A stretch of 64,000 nt of DNA from Raillietiella orientalis (Eukaryota). The translations under genes and the position numbers were made by a program. Positions 23,101 to 35,514 of the stretch are shown here, piece by piece. Numbering within the stretch: the stretch's first letter is position 1; each line of letters starts with the position of its first letter. Where the stretch lies: contig JAYWIR010000070.1 of the NCBI GenBank assembly GCA_036172245.1, positions 310,001-374,000 on the forward strand, in the 5' to 3' direction. The notes beneath the pieces were generated by a model. That model saw only the letters and a list, made by a program, of their open reading frames with translations. It made no database searches and was not told where the DNA came from.

Positions 23101-26100
23101 TGCTGCCAGCCTCCGAAGAGTTGTTACAGTGTGTCAACATCGAGAGGGAACCTGCACGCGTGCACGCGGACTTGCATGATGCTCGAAGACCGTAAGCTGT
23201 GCTATTGCGAGAAAAATGCAACTGATTTCTCGGGGTATCGTCGGACGAGGCAACCGCAACGCAATTGATTAACACTGGCTGTAATTACGGAAGACGGCCC
23301 TTCCACCGCGCCGGAGAGAGTACATCGGACGTTCAGGGCTTCGCTGCTAGGCACCTCTCAGGAGGATGCCACCGCGCACCACTCACGAGGAGGCTCGCGG
23401 GGAACTCTTGCCACTCTTCGGGAACGCGGACTGCTTCAAGACTAAGGCCGCCTGATCTTTTTTTTTTGAAGCATTCCCGAGTGTTGGGCCTTCGTTTCGT
23501 CTGGAGCAGCACTGAGCTCTGAATCGAATTGAGCGGTCTCAAAAGACGACTCCCCGCTTCCTCTCCCCAGCTTCTGCTGCTTGGTTTCGCTGCACTCCTT
23601 CGTATTCTGTGCCTGCCTGCGGATCCATCGCTTTTATCGGAAAACAATCAGGCGAAGGCGGCAGTGCGCCGCCATGGAAACGGCTTGAGTAGATGTAAGC
23701 CAGAGAGGGGCAGTTCTCCTGGTGTAATGTCCAGCCATGTCTCGCAAGTCTGCCTTCAGGACGAATTCACGAGCAAGCGCGGGTGACTGCAAGAGAGATT
23801 GGTTAGCGGAGTAGAGGTGAGGGGAAAATGCAGGGCAGCTGGGCTCAACGGAATCTTCCCATGTCCGCTCCGCACTGTGCATCGAGCCCTCGATTGAGGA
23901 GCGGACGAACTTCTGCTCTGTACGGAATTACACGCTGCTACGCCTCGCTTGTCGGCAGTGTCTCCTATCACTGCTTTGTGCCTCTTCAGGGCGCAGCCCA
24001 TGCAGTCTTGCCAAAGCAGTCAGATCCTCCCACAGCCCACAAGATGCGTGGTTGACTGGTGGCTGCATTCTAGAAACTAGAGAGAGCTGATTCCGAGCCC
24101 GGCCCTCTCTTTACTCGGCGACGCAGTCTCGTTAGCGCTAGGTAGTCAGGCACAGGTTTTTAAGGCTCTTCGTCCCCGAAACGATGCCCTAACCAGAGCG
24201 TCTGCCCCCGATTCCCATTCCACTTTGAAAGAAGCTTCCGCCGTTCAACTTTCCCAATCAAGAAAGTCCCCATTTTTCCTTTGCCAGATCCAGCAGAGAG
24301 GGCGGCGGCTTCGCCCAAAACATATATCAGGACCTCGGGACAAACCTAGCCTCCCATGGGGGTGTCTCTCGACACGGGGTTCCTCGCTCTTGCGGACACC
24401 ATTATAATGGACTGCGAATGGGTTTTCCGACAGAGAATCATCAAAAGATTGATTCATCCAGCTGGTCTTCTTCACATGGAAGGGCCAAGCAATGTCCAGG
24501 GAGTCCCGAAAGCGAAGGATTCGTTTTTTCCAGAGCGGCACTCGAGAGGATTTGAGGGCCTCCTCCTCCTCCTCCGATCTACCACCAAGGCGAGGTGCTC
24601 CGGCGGACCTATGCCTCCGTTTCCTCCGGAGCAGCGCCTGCGCTTCGTTCCAAGTCGTAAAGGATCCTCATTCCTGGACTGTTCCTCCCGCAACTGTTCC
24701 TCGGGTTCCACCGAGTGGTTCTTTTGCCCTCCGCCTGTCTGCAAGATCCTTCGCTTCTTCGGGCCACGGAGGGAGCGAGCCAGAGGCGCTCCTTGCCTCT
24801 TCGCTGCTCCGGAAGGAAACCGCGTCGCCGCAACCGTCCTGATTCTCACAGAGGGAGGAAGGATCGCTCAGCCTTCCGCCGCCTCCGAGGGCGAGACCTC
24901 CCCGTCTCACATAAAACCTGAGTTCTAGAATCAAGGAGATTAGCTCCTGGAAATTTTCAGATCCGAAGATTTAGAGGCTGACATGCCCGCCTTCCAGGCA
25001 ACCTCGTTTCCCGTGATTCATGCTCTACAACGTGTGCCTTTTCATGAATATTTGAATCGGCTGAGCTGCGAAATTCAAGATGGCTGACTCGAGTCTTTGA
25101 ACTTACGCGACGGTGCCCGTGGTCCGGAGTAACGGGGGTCCCGTGGAAAGTCGGTCTTCCCGCACTTCGGGGATTCCCTCTGCTTTCCGGAACTGCAATT
25201 GACCGTGCCAAGCCCCCTCCCCCTCTCCTTCCTTGTTCGGGTCCACGCCAGAGGAGAGCGGTCTCAAGGGGACTCTCAAGACCACCTTCCAGAAGAGCGG
25301 CGCTTTTTACCCCAGCGACCCCGGGTGTTTGATACGCGCTGCTCTTCCGGTGACCTCAGGTGGAGTGCGATCGGACCGGCGGGTGGTGAAGGACCTGCCT
25401 TCATGTGGGTGCGGAGGGTGGTCTGACTGGGCACGCGCGCAGTCTCGCCCACTGGCAGACCCAGCGCGTGCTGCGATCCTTGCACTCGGCGTTTCGCACG
25501 CACCACCCCAATTTATCTTTTCTCCTGTTGCCTCGCGACGAACAGAGGACGGAACAGGGAGGAAAAAAAAGAAAGCATGAAAACGAAAAAGAAAAGGACG
25601 GAGGAGGGGGGAGGGGGTTGGGGAGGAAAATCACTCGCTCGCTCGCTGCGCGCGTGCCTTCCTGCAATGGAAAACACGTGGTCGAGTGGATGAGGGGAGG
25701 CAGGGAGCGACGGCGCAATGAATTTCGGTACGGATCCGAAAAGGCGGAGAGGGGAGGCTCGGAATCTCTCCCAAGGGATGCACTTCCGACCCTCCGCTCC
25801 GGGCGCGAGGATGGGTCTCCAAGGGACTCCAGGACCGATTCGCTCCTTCAGAAATGCGAATTCCGTTCCCGGTTCCACGATCCGGGCTCGTGGGGGCAGG
25901 TGCGGGTTAGTTTCTCCCTCCCCTCCCTAAGAGCGAACCCACGCCTCCGTCGCGTTTTTTCCTGGAGATCCCTCACAGGAAGTGGCGGGAGCACGCGACC
26001 CGCGGATCCTTGTTTGCTTTCGGGGAGAGGCGCCCTGGCAGGAACCACTGCGGATGCCGCCGCTTACCCGAATTAGCTTGGCCGGCGTGCGCGCGCGATC

Positions 26101-29100
26101 AATCGCCAGCGCCGCGCACGTGGCGCGCGCGCGGCGTCTGCACCTCCTGCCGCCGTCCACTCCCGCGGGCGGACAGTGCACGTCGACCTCCGAGTACCTC
26201 CGGGGCGTCCGCGCAAGGCGGCGGTGATGGCCTTCACTGCGCGGTGCTCTTAGAGCGAGCGAAGAGGATGCTTCCCCCTCCTCTCCTCTCCCAGGAGTCC
26301 TGTAGTGCATGTATGGTAGTGTAGAGTCCTGTAGTCCTTCCTCGGTGCCATACTGGGAGGCCAAGCTTCCTGGTCGCTCACACCCCCTTCCCTCCCTGAG
26401 ACCAGGAGAGGCGGCTCGCTCTCCCGAGCAAGCCGTCGCGGGAAAGGGGAACGGCAAGACCGGAACCGCTGGAGGTTTCCGCAGCGGAAGTTGCAGAGTC
26501 TGCCGGGAGATGCGACAGGATGCGGAAACTGGGAGCGCCCAGTGGCCTCACGAACACTCCGGCGGGCCTCTCGGGTCTTCCTCTCAATGCGGCGCTCTCT
26601 GCACACATCACCAAATCAGAGAAGGGTTTGGTGATCCGTGGAGGAGGAGACTAGCAGTGCAGCCTTGGTGACGATGACGATGACGGCTGCTATCTAACAA
26701 ATAAAACGATTCCTGCATGTGTTTCAGGTCGGAGGATCCCCCTTTTAACAACGTCCACTCTTCTGTTCCCCTCACAGAGCTGCTGTCACTCCCGCACGCA
26801 ACCCCGCTTCCCGAGAAGCGCCTGCCCGCGGATTCCTTCCGGGGCACGGAGCAGTGTTTCCCCTCCGGGAGATCATAAAAGTCCAAGCAGGAAGGAGGGT
26901 GCGACGCAGGCGGGAGGCTTCTGTAAATCCTCCGGTCACTTTGAGATGACAGGGGGGTTCGTTTCAGGGTCCGCCGGCAGTCCCTTTGCCTCCCGCTCGG
27001 CAGTTGCCGGGAGCGTCCGGATCGTGGGCATCGGTCCAACTGCCAGGGACGGGGAGAGGGAGTCTCTGGAAGAGCTTCCCGGAAATTACCGGTTACTCGG
27101 GGGGAAGCTGCCTGCCTCGAAAAGAGGAACTCATGCACGTCCTTCCCCGGGACGCAAGTGCGCATCTTTTCCTTCCCTCTTATTCTGGATTCCCCTTCTT
27201 GTTTTTTCCATGAAGCGCTGCTTCTTTCGTCCGCAGACTCCATGCAGGACAGCAGTCCCTCGATCGTTCACTTCTCTGCTGTGAGAGCGGCAGGTTGGAG
27301 GGGAGAGAGTCTCTTTCGCTTCGAGGAGCAATCAGACGACCTCCGTGAGCCGCCTGGAAGAGGGCCAGTTTTCAAATCGCTGCCGAGCGGTGTTCCTGTC
27401 TCCAGGGAAAGCGGATAGGCGCGGTTCACAGCTATGGGCAAGATCTGCTCCGACGGAAGCAGCTCCAGGAAAGCTCGTGTCTGAAGACTTCTGCTCTTAC
27501 CATCAGGATCATCTGAATCACCAGAACTAGAGAAAACTGCCGTCCTCTTCACCTTTCGACGGAACTCCGGAAGGTGGGAGCTGTACCAAACCAGAGGCAG
27601 AGTGCAGACTCAACGCTTGTACTCTACCCACCTCTGGGAGTAGTTGTTTCGGCAGATGCTGCTAGCAGCTTCTTAATGTCCTCTCAATCCCATGGTTGCC
27701 ACTGTCTCGATGCCCGTAGCAACCAAAATCTTCTACAAAACCCAATGAGTGTCGCATTGGACTCCATAACCAGGTGTCCAGTTCATGTTGCAACTCCGTT
27801 TCCGCTTACCCGGATGGGTCCACGCAGTGGGAGCTCACGGATCCCGAAGTCGGAGCCTCAGGATCCAAGCTAGCTCATTTGCAGTTCGAGAGTAGGTAGA
27901 GGTTGTTCTGATTTTAAGGCATCTAATCATTCGTTTTACCCGATAAGACTCTGCTTCCTTCCGCTCCGATGAGCGCTTGTTATCCTGAGGGAAACTCGGG
28001 ATTGAATTTGTTTAAAAAGAGTGCACATCTAACGCTCCTGTGGGTTCCACTCTCCTTGGAGAAACCGATGAAGAACACAGGAGGGTCCATTCTCCTGAAC
28101 CCAGTCTGTTTTCCAGGAAGCTCCTCTGACGTCATTCTGGATCCACCGCGGAAACAAAGCGCCAGCTGGCGTCCAGTGTGCTTCACTTATTCGCTTTGAG
28201 TTCGGTCCTGTTGCCTCTCATTTTCCCTCATCGTCTAACGAGCTCCTGGAAGATGCCGAAACACTCCAGCTTGTTATGCCCAGCCGGACGGCACCTGCGA
28301 CGGAACTACCTTTCTTTTAGACAACCCTTCTTATCTGGTTTTTCCTCGAACAGGTTCCTGGACAAACCCGCTCACTCTTCTCCCTACTCTTCTTTCCTCT
28401 TCCTCGACGCTCGATTGCGTCATCTTCGTGCGTCTTCGTCTCCATCCGTTGTCCAGCCGGTAATTTCCGAATGACTAGTTTGCGTTTTCTTCCTCGAGAC
28501 CTCAGCTGACTGAGCTGGAGCAAATTGAAAAGGCTCGTCGAATGGACTGCTCACGGCTGCTGCCGTCACTACTCTCATCCGGAAGAGTGGACAGAGTTGG
28601 CAAAATGCAAAGCATTCTCCGGTGAGCAGGAAATGATAGGCAACGTCCTCACTAACGGAACGGGAATTCTAGAACGTTCTATCCCCCGTCCTGCTCCTTC
28701 TTACATTCCAGAGGTCCACCGTCTACAGCGATAGGGTTCGATTCATTCATTTGGAAGGTGTCTTTTCATAAAACAACAAAAGGCAATCCAAAGTGAGATT
28801 CCAAGTCTCCCTATAGTCCAAGGAGCCCTGGAGGAGACACTGATAAGTACAAGGCTGATCGGCGAGGTCTTTGAGGAAAGTGGGGACGAGAGAAAAGTAA
28901 ACAAAAACTCTGGTGTATCGGAAATTCCCCAGCCAAAGGGAAGCAGTTGCTCGCAAGGAAACATCAAAGGAGCAAACCTACAAGCAGAGGTTTCCTTTCT
29001 TCAGCGGACGTGGCGAAGCCATGAGTTTTACCTGATCACTCCGGGATCTGCATTTTAAAAAGCAACCACAAGCAAGAGAGGAACCGTGTCCCCTGAATAC

Positions 29101-30816
29101 ACGAGATGCCAGAAAAAAAGAGCTTCTTTGGGGATGACCACCGGCACGCAAACAGGCTTCTGAAAAAAAAGGGAACTTCTAAAAAAGTAGGGAACAGAGG
29201 GAAACAACAATAAATAAATAAAAAAGACGGGAGGATAGGAACAGGGATCATTGTTTGTATTCGTTCCTTTCTTCTTAAAAGTTATCCGCTTTCTTCTGAA
29301 AAGCAGATGTGTATGGTGGCGATCTCCCTGGCGACTTCTTGTGGAAGATGAGGTCACCTTATGAAGCTGTCCTTATGAAGGCTGCTGCCGTGCTGGTGGT
29401 CTCCTTTCGCTGTGAACATGGTTCCAATATATGGCTGACTATCACTATGGCGCGGACGCAACAGGTGGTTGCGGTCGCAGCGCCCGTCTTCACCCCACCT
29501 TGAGTGACGAAGAGCCTCAGCAAGTCCCAAGCAAGGGGGTACTAAGGTCGAGAGAGCACCGGAGCGAGTCTTCAAGGGCTCTTCAGTCAACAAGAAGTGC
29601 GGAAACCATTCCAGCACCCCACACCTTGAACAGTTTGGGAAGGCAGAGCCCCCGGAAATCAGGAAATGGAATCCTCCTAGTGAGGAAACAGGAGGACAAC
29701 CTGTTTCCAACGTAGCGGGAACACGGTGGTGTCCACACACAGATAAGGGACCACGAGTTCTTCGGGAGTAGCGAAGCCTTGATGGCCACCTCAGTGGCCT
29801 CCGAATTTCCGTCACGCGGCTGCGTTCAAGCTTCTAGACGGAAAGTCTTCCCGGGGATTCTCTTTGGCTTCAGCTTGAGAGGACGGAAGAGAATCGAAGG
29901 AGGCGGATTTCGGCAACATGTGCTCACTGGATCAAAACGAGTTTCGATCCAGTGAGAACGAATCCAGAGCGTGCGCTCATAAAGACCCGCCCGCTCAGAT
30001 TTTCCTAGATTGCTCTTTTCTTTTCTTCCTGAAAGTGCAGAGTCGGAGTCGGCCAGTCACGCGGCTTCCAACAGTTCTTATCCAAGGTAGCTGGGAATTC
30101 TGCACTTTTCTTTTTGCATTGACTCACCCGTTGGTAGGGCAGCAAAGGGGACGTCTGGTTCCTCGTTTTGTTAGAAATGAGGACAGAGAGCCCATGCTCT
30201 GCCCGGGCTCCGATGGATGACCATCTCCAGCGGTCAGCACTGTCCGCGGCCCTTTTCGATAACCAACGCCAGTTTGGATCGAGCTCTTCAGCTGTTGTTA
30301 TGGATGCATGCAAATCGCCGAAGGAGAAATATTGTGTTCCGCAAATAAACTTCAAAGATTCCCGTGGTGGTTTGGGAGTAGGGCGTGATCTGAAACCTAA
30401 GGCTGGTCCCGGACCTTTGATGCAGTTTGACTCACACAGTGAGCTCAATGGATCCTGAGGCGTCAACAGACTGCTGGAGAACAGCCCCTGGACGAGGCTC
30501 TCGGATCTGCAACAAATAAATAATGAGTTTTCATTACTGGAAATGATGCTGCGAACGAATTTCATCCAGGGGGAATGTGCCCCACGGATCCCTTTCTGGA
30601 TGCTCTGTCCGGACAGAACAATAACAGAACTTGAAAAATGGAACCTTCTCTTGTCGCAATTACCTGACCAAAAGTGCAATGGTGTCTCGTGACGAGCCCG
30701 CCACGACGACACTTAGCGACGCGATGAGATGCACATTTTTCTTTGAAAGTGTGTTGCATTCCGCAATTTATTCAGGTGATCTTTCGAGGAATCGAACTTT
30801 CCGGCAGGGAAAAAAT

Positions 30817-30887
30817 ACACACACACAATGCATGTATGTATGTATATATATATACATATATATATATACATACATACATACATACAT
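30817..30887. repeat. Compound microsatellite (AC)n/(TATG)n/(TA)n/(CATA)n with palindromic symmetry
   Basis: 30832-30854 is the exact reverse complement of 30857-30879. Confidence 0.92.
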
Positions 30888-33800
30888 TTACGGTAGCTGT
30901 AATTGCTACCCTGCGCAACACAGGAAGGAAGACTCGGTCCCGAAATTCCCCGTTAAAGACCATCTGACGTAAGTGTTCTCATCTCGGGAAAAATCGATGA
31001 ATATTTAACAACTGTCCAAATTCCCATAGGAGTGCCGCAAGAAAAGCCGTCAAATTACAAAATCATTATTGTCACGGAATGCTTTATCAAATGTATTCCA
31101 TCCTGGAGGAGTGGAGGGACCTGCCACCATTGTAAGCAATATGATTTTCAGAATAATTGTTATCCCATCACTCTTCCCTTTTCCCCGTGAATGGAAAGGA
31201 GAAGGGCAGTATATTAGTATAGAATTACAAATCTCTCTTATCCCTGCTGCGTTTTAAGAGGTTTATCAAGCGCAGGTCACGACCTCCAGATGGCCAATTG
31301 ACGGTAAGCGTAGCGGAACATCATTGCCACAAAGACAAGAATAACTTTGAGATATATTGTGCTTGAGCACACGGGGCATGCAGCATCCCGATATGCCCAT
31401 CCTCTGCCAGACGGATGGCGCGGGACACGCAACTGACAGGTGTGCAGGAGGGCCCAGCTTGATAAAGGCAACTGAGTGTGACGAAGCGTGTTGACGTCGC
31501 CCTAACGATAAGTGTCGACGCAAGCGACAGGTTCCAGCAAAACGTGGAAAAAAAGGAAAAGCTCACGGGAACGACAACAGGACGCACTCACGCCTCTTAT
31601 CTCAATCGCCGCTGGAAGGGAATCCAAAGGGGAATCCCCTGGTGTGGCCAAGCAGGCACCTTTCAGTTTCGTCCACGTCGGCAGATAGCTCTGGGTTCTT
31701 ATGCCACCCCGACCTTTCTCCATCCTCCTCCCGCTCGCGCTCTTTCTTTTCGATGGGCGTGAGGTTTCTGACGGGAGTCGCGAACCCTGTTTTTTGCACC
31801 TCTTGCATCTGGAAAAAGTTGTTGTCCCTGTTATCGAGAGGGAGTCCTCCAGATTTCGTTCTTCTCGACTCGACTCGAAGGGAACGGCAGGATCGGCTAA
31901 CCGTTCTAAAAATTTTCCTCAGCCTCAAATTTTCCTCACCTTCCTCAGCCTAATCATCACCATCACTGGCATCCGCATGCTCGAATATTCTACAGGAGAG
32001 CGACCATTACGGTCCAGTGTAAAAAATAAGACACAATAAAAGATACTGAATGAAATTACTGCTTCTACTACTTCTACTTCTACTGCTGATGATCAATCCC
32101 AAAGGAAATTTTTAAGCATCTTGCAATTTCAGTTAAAAAAAAAATAAGTTCTCTGATTACATCTCTCCCACGCAACGTTTGGTCTACAGGGCAAAGTTTC
32201 ACCTTCAGGAAGGAAAGTTTTCTTTAGTGCAGCGGTGGACGACCAGAACAGTTTGTCTCAAGGGACTGCAAGCCGTCTGAGGTGTGCACTGCCTCGAAAG
32301 ACTCCAATTTCTTCTATTAGCAATTCCTCTAATAGTCTAACATTTCACACTCGCTGCCATCTCTCCAGTTTCGCTCTACTTGCACAGGTCCGACTGGTAG
32401 GTGGGTTGTGTTTCTTTGGCTGTCAGTAGTGGGAACGGTCTTGGAGGAAAATGAATAAGAGGTAGAGAAGCAAACACCTTCCTCCAATCAACAACAACTA
32501 TGCTCAACAAGCAGGTAACACAGCAACTAAGGAATGGAATCAAAAGAACTCTCATTAAGACCATAGCCGGACAAACGAACAATTCTGACCAACTAGATCG
32601 GCAATGGGCAGCCCTGTAGTCCGAGGACCACGCACCTCCCGCGCAGTCTTGTTCGGAAGTTCTTCGGTTTTCCTTCGCTACGAGGCTCGCCTATGAAGAT
32701 CCCGTGCATCTCACATATAACTAACTGTTGAATGCTTTTGCTTTCAGTTCAACTGGTGAGATTCTGAACTCCTTGTGATAAAATGCCAAGTTTTTTGGTA
32801 GCTGGAAAACGTTCCACCACGAAAGATCATACACAGCCTTCAATTTGCATCCATGCTCGCGTCCAACTGGAGTCAAAATGCAGATGTACATCACGCAAAC
32901 TTCTTCCGAATGCTAGCTTTTAAAAATTCCAAGAAGGTTCTATTCCCAAGGTTGGGAATAAGATGCTGAAAATCCCGAAACGGAAAAGTTCACCATAGCA
33001 AAGAAGCCTAATTTCAGTGTGCCTTTTTTTACTGTTAAACTCCTAGGAACCCTCCGGAACTAATATCCTGCAAGCTGGCGGAGAAGTGGTTGCTAAAAGG
33101 CATTCACGAAGAATTTTTCTCATTTACTTCTTGCAGACACGAAGCATCAGATCCATCTAAGCGGTCCTTGCAGCGAAGGAAAATTAGAGAACTCCCAATA
33201 AAGACTGCGCGGGCCGTGTGCGGGCCTCGGGCAGCAGGCTGCTAGGTGATGACAATTTTTCCCATCGTCCTGCGTCTTATGCAGCTTTTGCATAGACTCC
33301 TACCACCAGCTTTTTGAACGGCCTCTTCCGCATTTGGTCAGCTACTGGGTGACTGTGTAGTTTCGGTAGGTGCACCAGGAACGCGTCTGTCCTGCTCCGC
33401 GGAGCTCTCCGTGGATTTCTCAGAGGGATCTCCTTCTGATCGTGATTTTTTTCCTTTTCCTCCTGTGGATTTGGGACGATGATCTCCTTGAATACCTCGG
33501 AGTTCACAAAAGTGAGATCCATCCTCGTCTTTGCTCGCTTCCGAAGGAAGACTCTTCGGCAGAAAGTTTCTTTAGGTGTCCATTGGGTCCGGCGTGCTGC
33601 GGTGGTGACCAGAACGATGTGCTAGTTCCATGTTTTGTAAGCACGCGCTCCTGTGCACGCTACGGAGGTCCCGAACTCGAGGTCGGAGAAATTCGGTCCT
33701 GATTCAACATGGAACATCATCTCCGAGTGGAGACCACTCGAGAGCAGCCGCCTCCCTTACAGAGATTTGCCCGCAACCCTCTTCTTCTTGCACCCTCCGT

Positions 33801-35498
33801 CCTCTGCTGTTTGCGCAACTGACACTCTCCCAGGGCACTCCGAGAACGTCACATGGGCGCTTCTCCAGAGAGCTCACCAGCACCTCTACGTCGCTGTGCC
33901 AGCCCTCTTTAACTTTGGAGCACCCTAAAGCACCCTTCGCGTAAGCGAAATTTTTCTTGTCCCACATCAACGCCTGAGATCCATGTTTCCACTCTCAGAA
34001 GAGCATCCAGAAATGGATCTTCGAAGAGCCTACGCAACTTTTCTGCCGCACCACCCCCACCCACCTCTGTGCAAAACCGAAAACTTTCCTGGGCATCTAC
34101 CCGCGCGGGTTCGCGCTGCGGTCAAGGATGCTGGAACAGGACTCTGCAACCTTTCCCCCTTGATTCTCAGAATCCACAAGACCATCGTAGTGTCTCAGGG
34201 CAGAGACCAGACAGAGGGGTGGGGTGAGCTGCAGCCTAGCCATCGCTCCGGTAGGGATCCTGGAAGTAGAGGCGGCGTCTACAGGGAGAAGCACTGGCAT
34301 TCTTGCTACGCTTGCCTAATGGCTACGCATGGCCCAGCGGCACGCGAGCTCTCCACTTCCTTCATCTCTCCCTCTGGCCTCCGTACACGCGCGCTCTTGC
34401 AATTCCCACAGGACGAACGCATTCCTCTGGACATTGCCTCACTGCCATTGTCAATTTCCATGTCACCGAAGGCCACTACAAGAGGGAAGGGACAGCAGCC
34501 ACACATCTCGTTTCGTCTCTGTCTCTCCCTCAAGAGAGACTGGACACAGGGTAGGGTCCATCGCATCATATCCGGGCAATTTAAGAAGCCGTTCGTTCCA
34601 CACAGTATCAGATGCTACAGGGATCACCCTTCCATCTTCCGCCCAAACCTTTAAAATGAAACAGACAAGAGGAAGAGAAAAACACACGGATAGACTGGCC
34701 GGCTCAAGAGAGAAAGAAATATCACGCCTCCAGCAGACTTTCACTTTCCACCGCGGTCTCTGGAGAACTCCTTCCTCTATTCTTCCAGCTGCTCTTTCCT
34801 ACACTTCTGAAGCGTCATGGGGAGCTGGCGCGCACCAAGAAGGAGCGCCTTCGGACTGAGACGCGTCGCTCTCACGAGCCGCTTACGACCTGGACACCCC
34901 GGGATCAGTGGCGACTGCCCCCTTCTGCTCAACGACCTCACGCCATCTCACCTGAATTCGTCTCTAGGGGGACTCGCATATGGGGAGAGGATTCTCCTCC
35001 ATGCCCTTCCTTAGTTGAAGACTACATCTTCCATCCTCTCAAATGGCCTCTGAGGTCTTCAGGAGAAAACAGCTTTATTCCCTCCTATCTCAACCAAATA
35101 GCTTGTTTCATTAGCTGGAGCCATGAACTTTCCCACTGGTCCGGGACTACTCCTGAATGAGCAAGTTAGAGTTAGGATTCCTCGGACACTTCGCTTCTCA
35201 CACTCCACGTTCCTGCTCTCGGTTAGTTTGACAGCGCAGAAGCAGATCAAAAAGTGGGAGCTAAAGGAGAGCAAAGATGGGATTCGTTGTTGCCCACCTG
35301 AGGCAGCAGCAGCAGCGGCGGAAGCATGACTGGCAGTTCCCTTTCGATAGCTCGACAGTTACGACGATGCACCGAGCCGTAATCTCTGGCAGGTTCCGGA
35401 TGACGCAAGCTCTGTGATCTTGCGGCTTGACTCCGGGCAACACGTCTCATCCCTGCTCATCTTTGAAGGCGTTTCTTATCGGAGCAAGCCTGCACCTC

Positions 35499-35514
35499 GG
35501 GGGGGGGGGGGGGG
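35499..35514 (+). repeat. G16 homopolymer
   Basis: 16 consecutive G. Confidence 0.9.
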
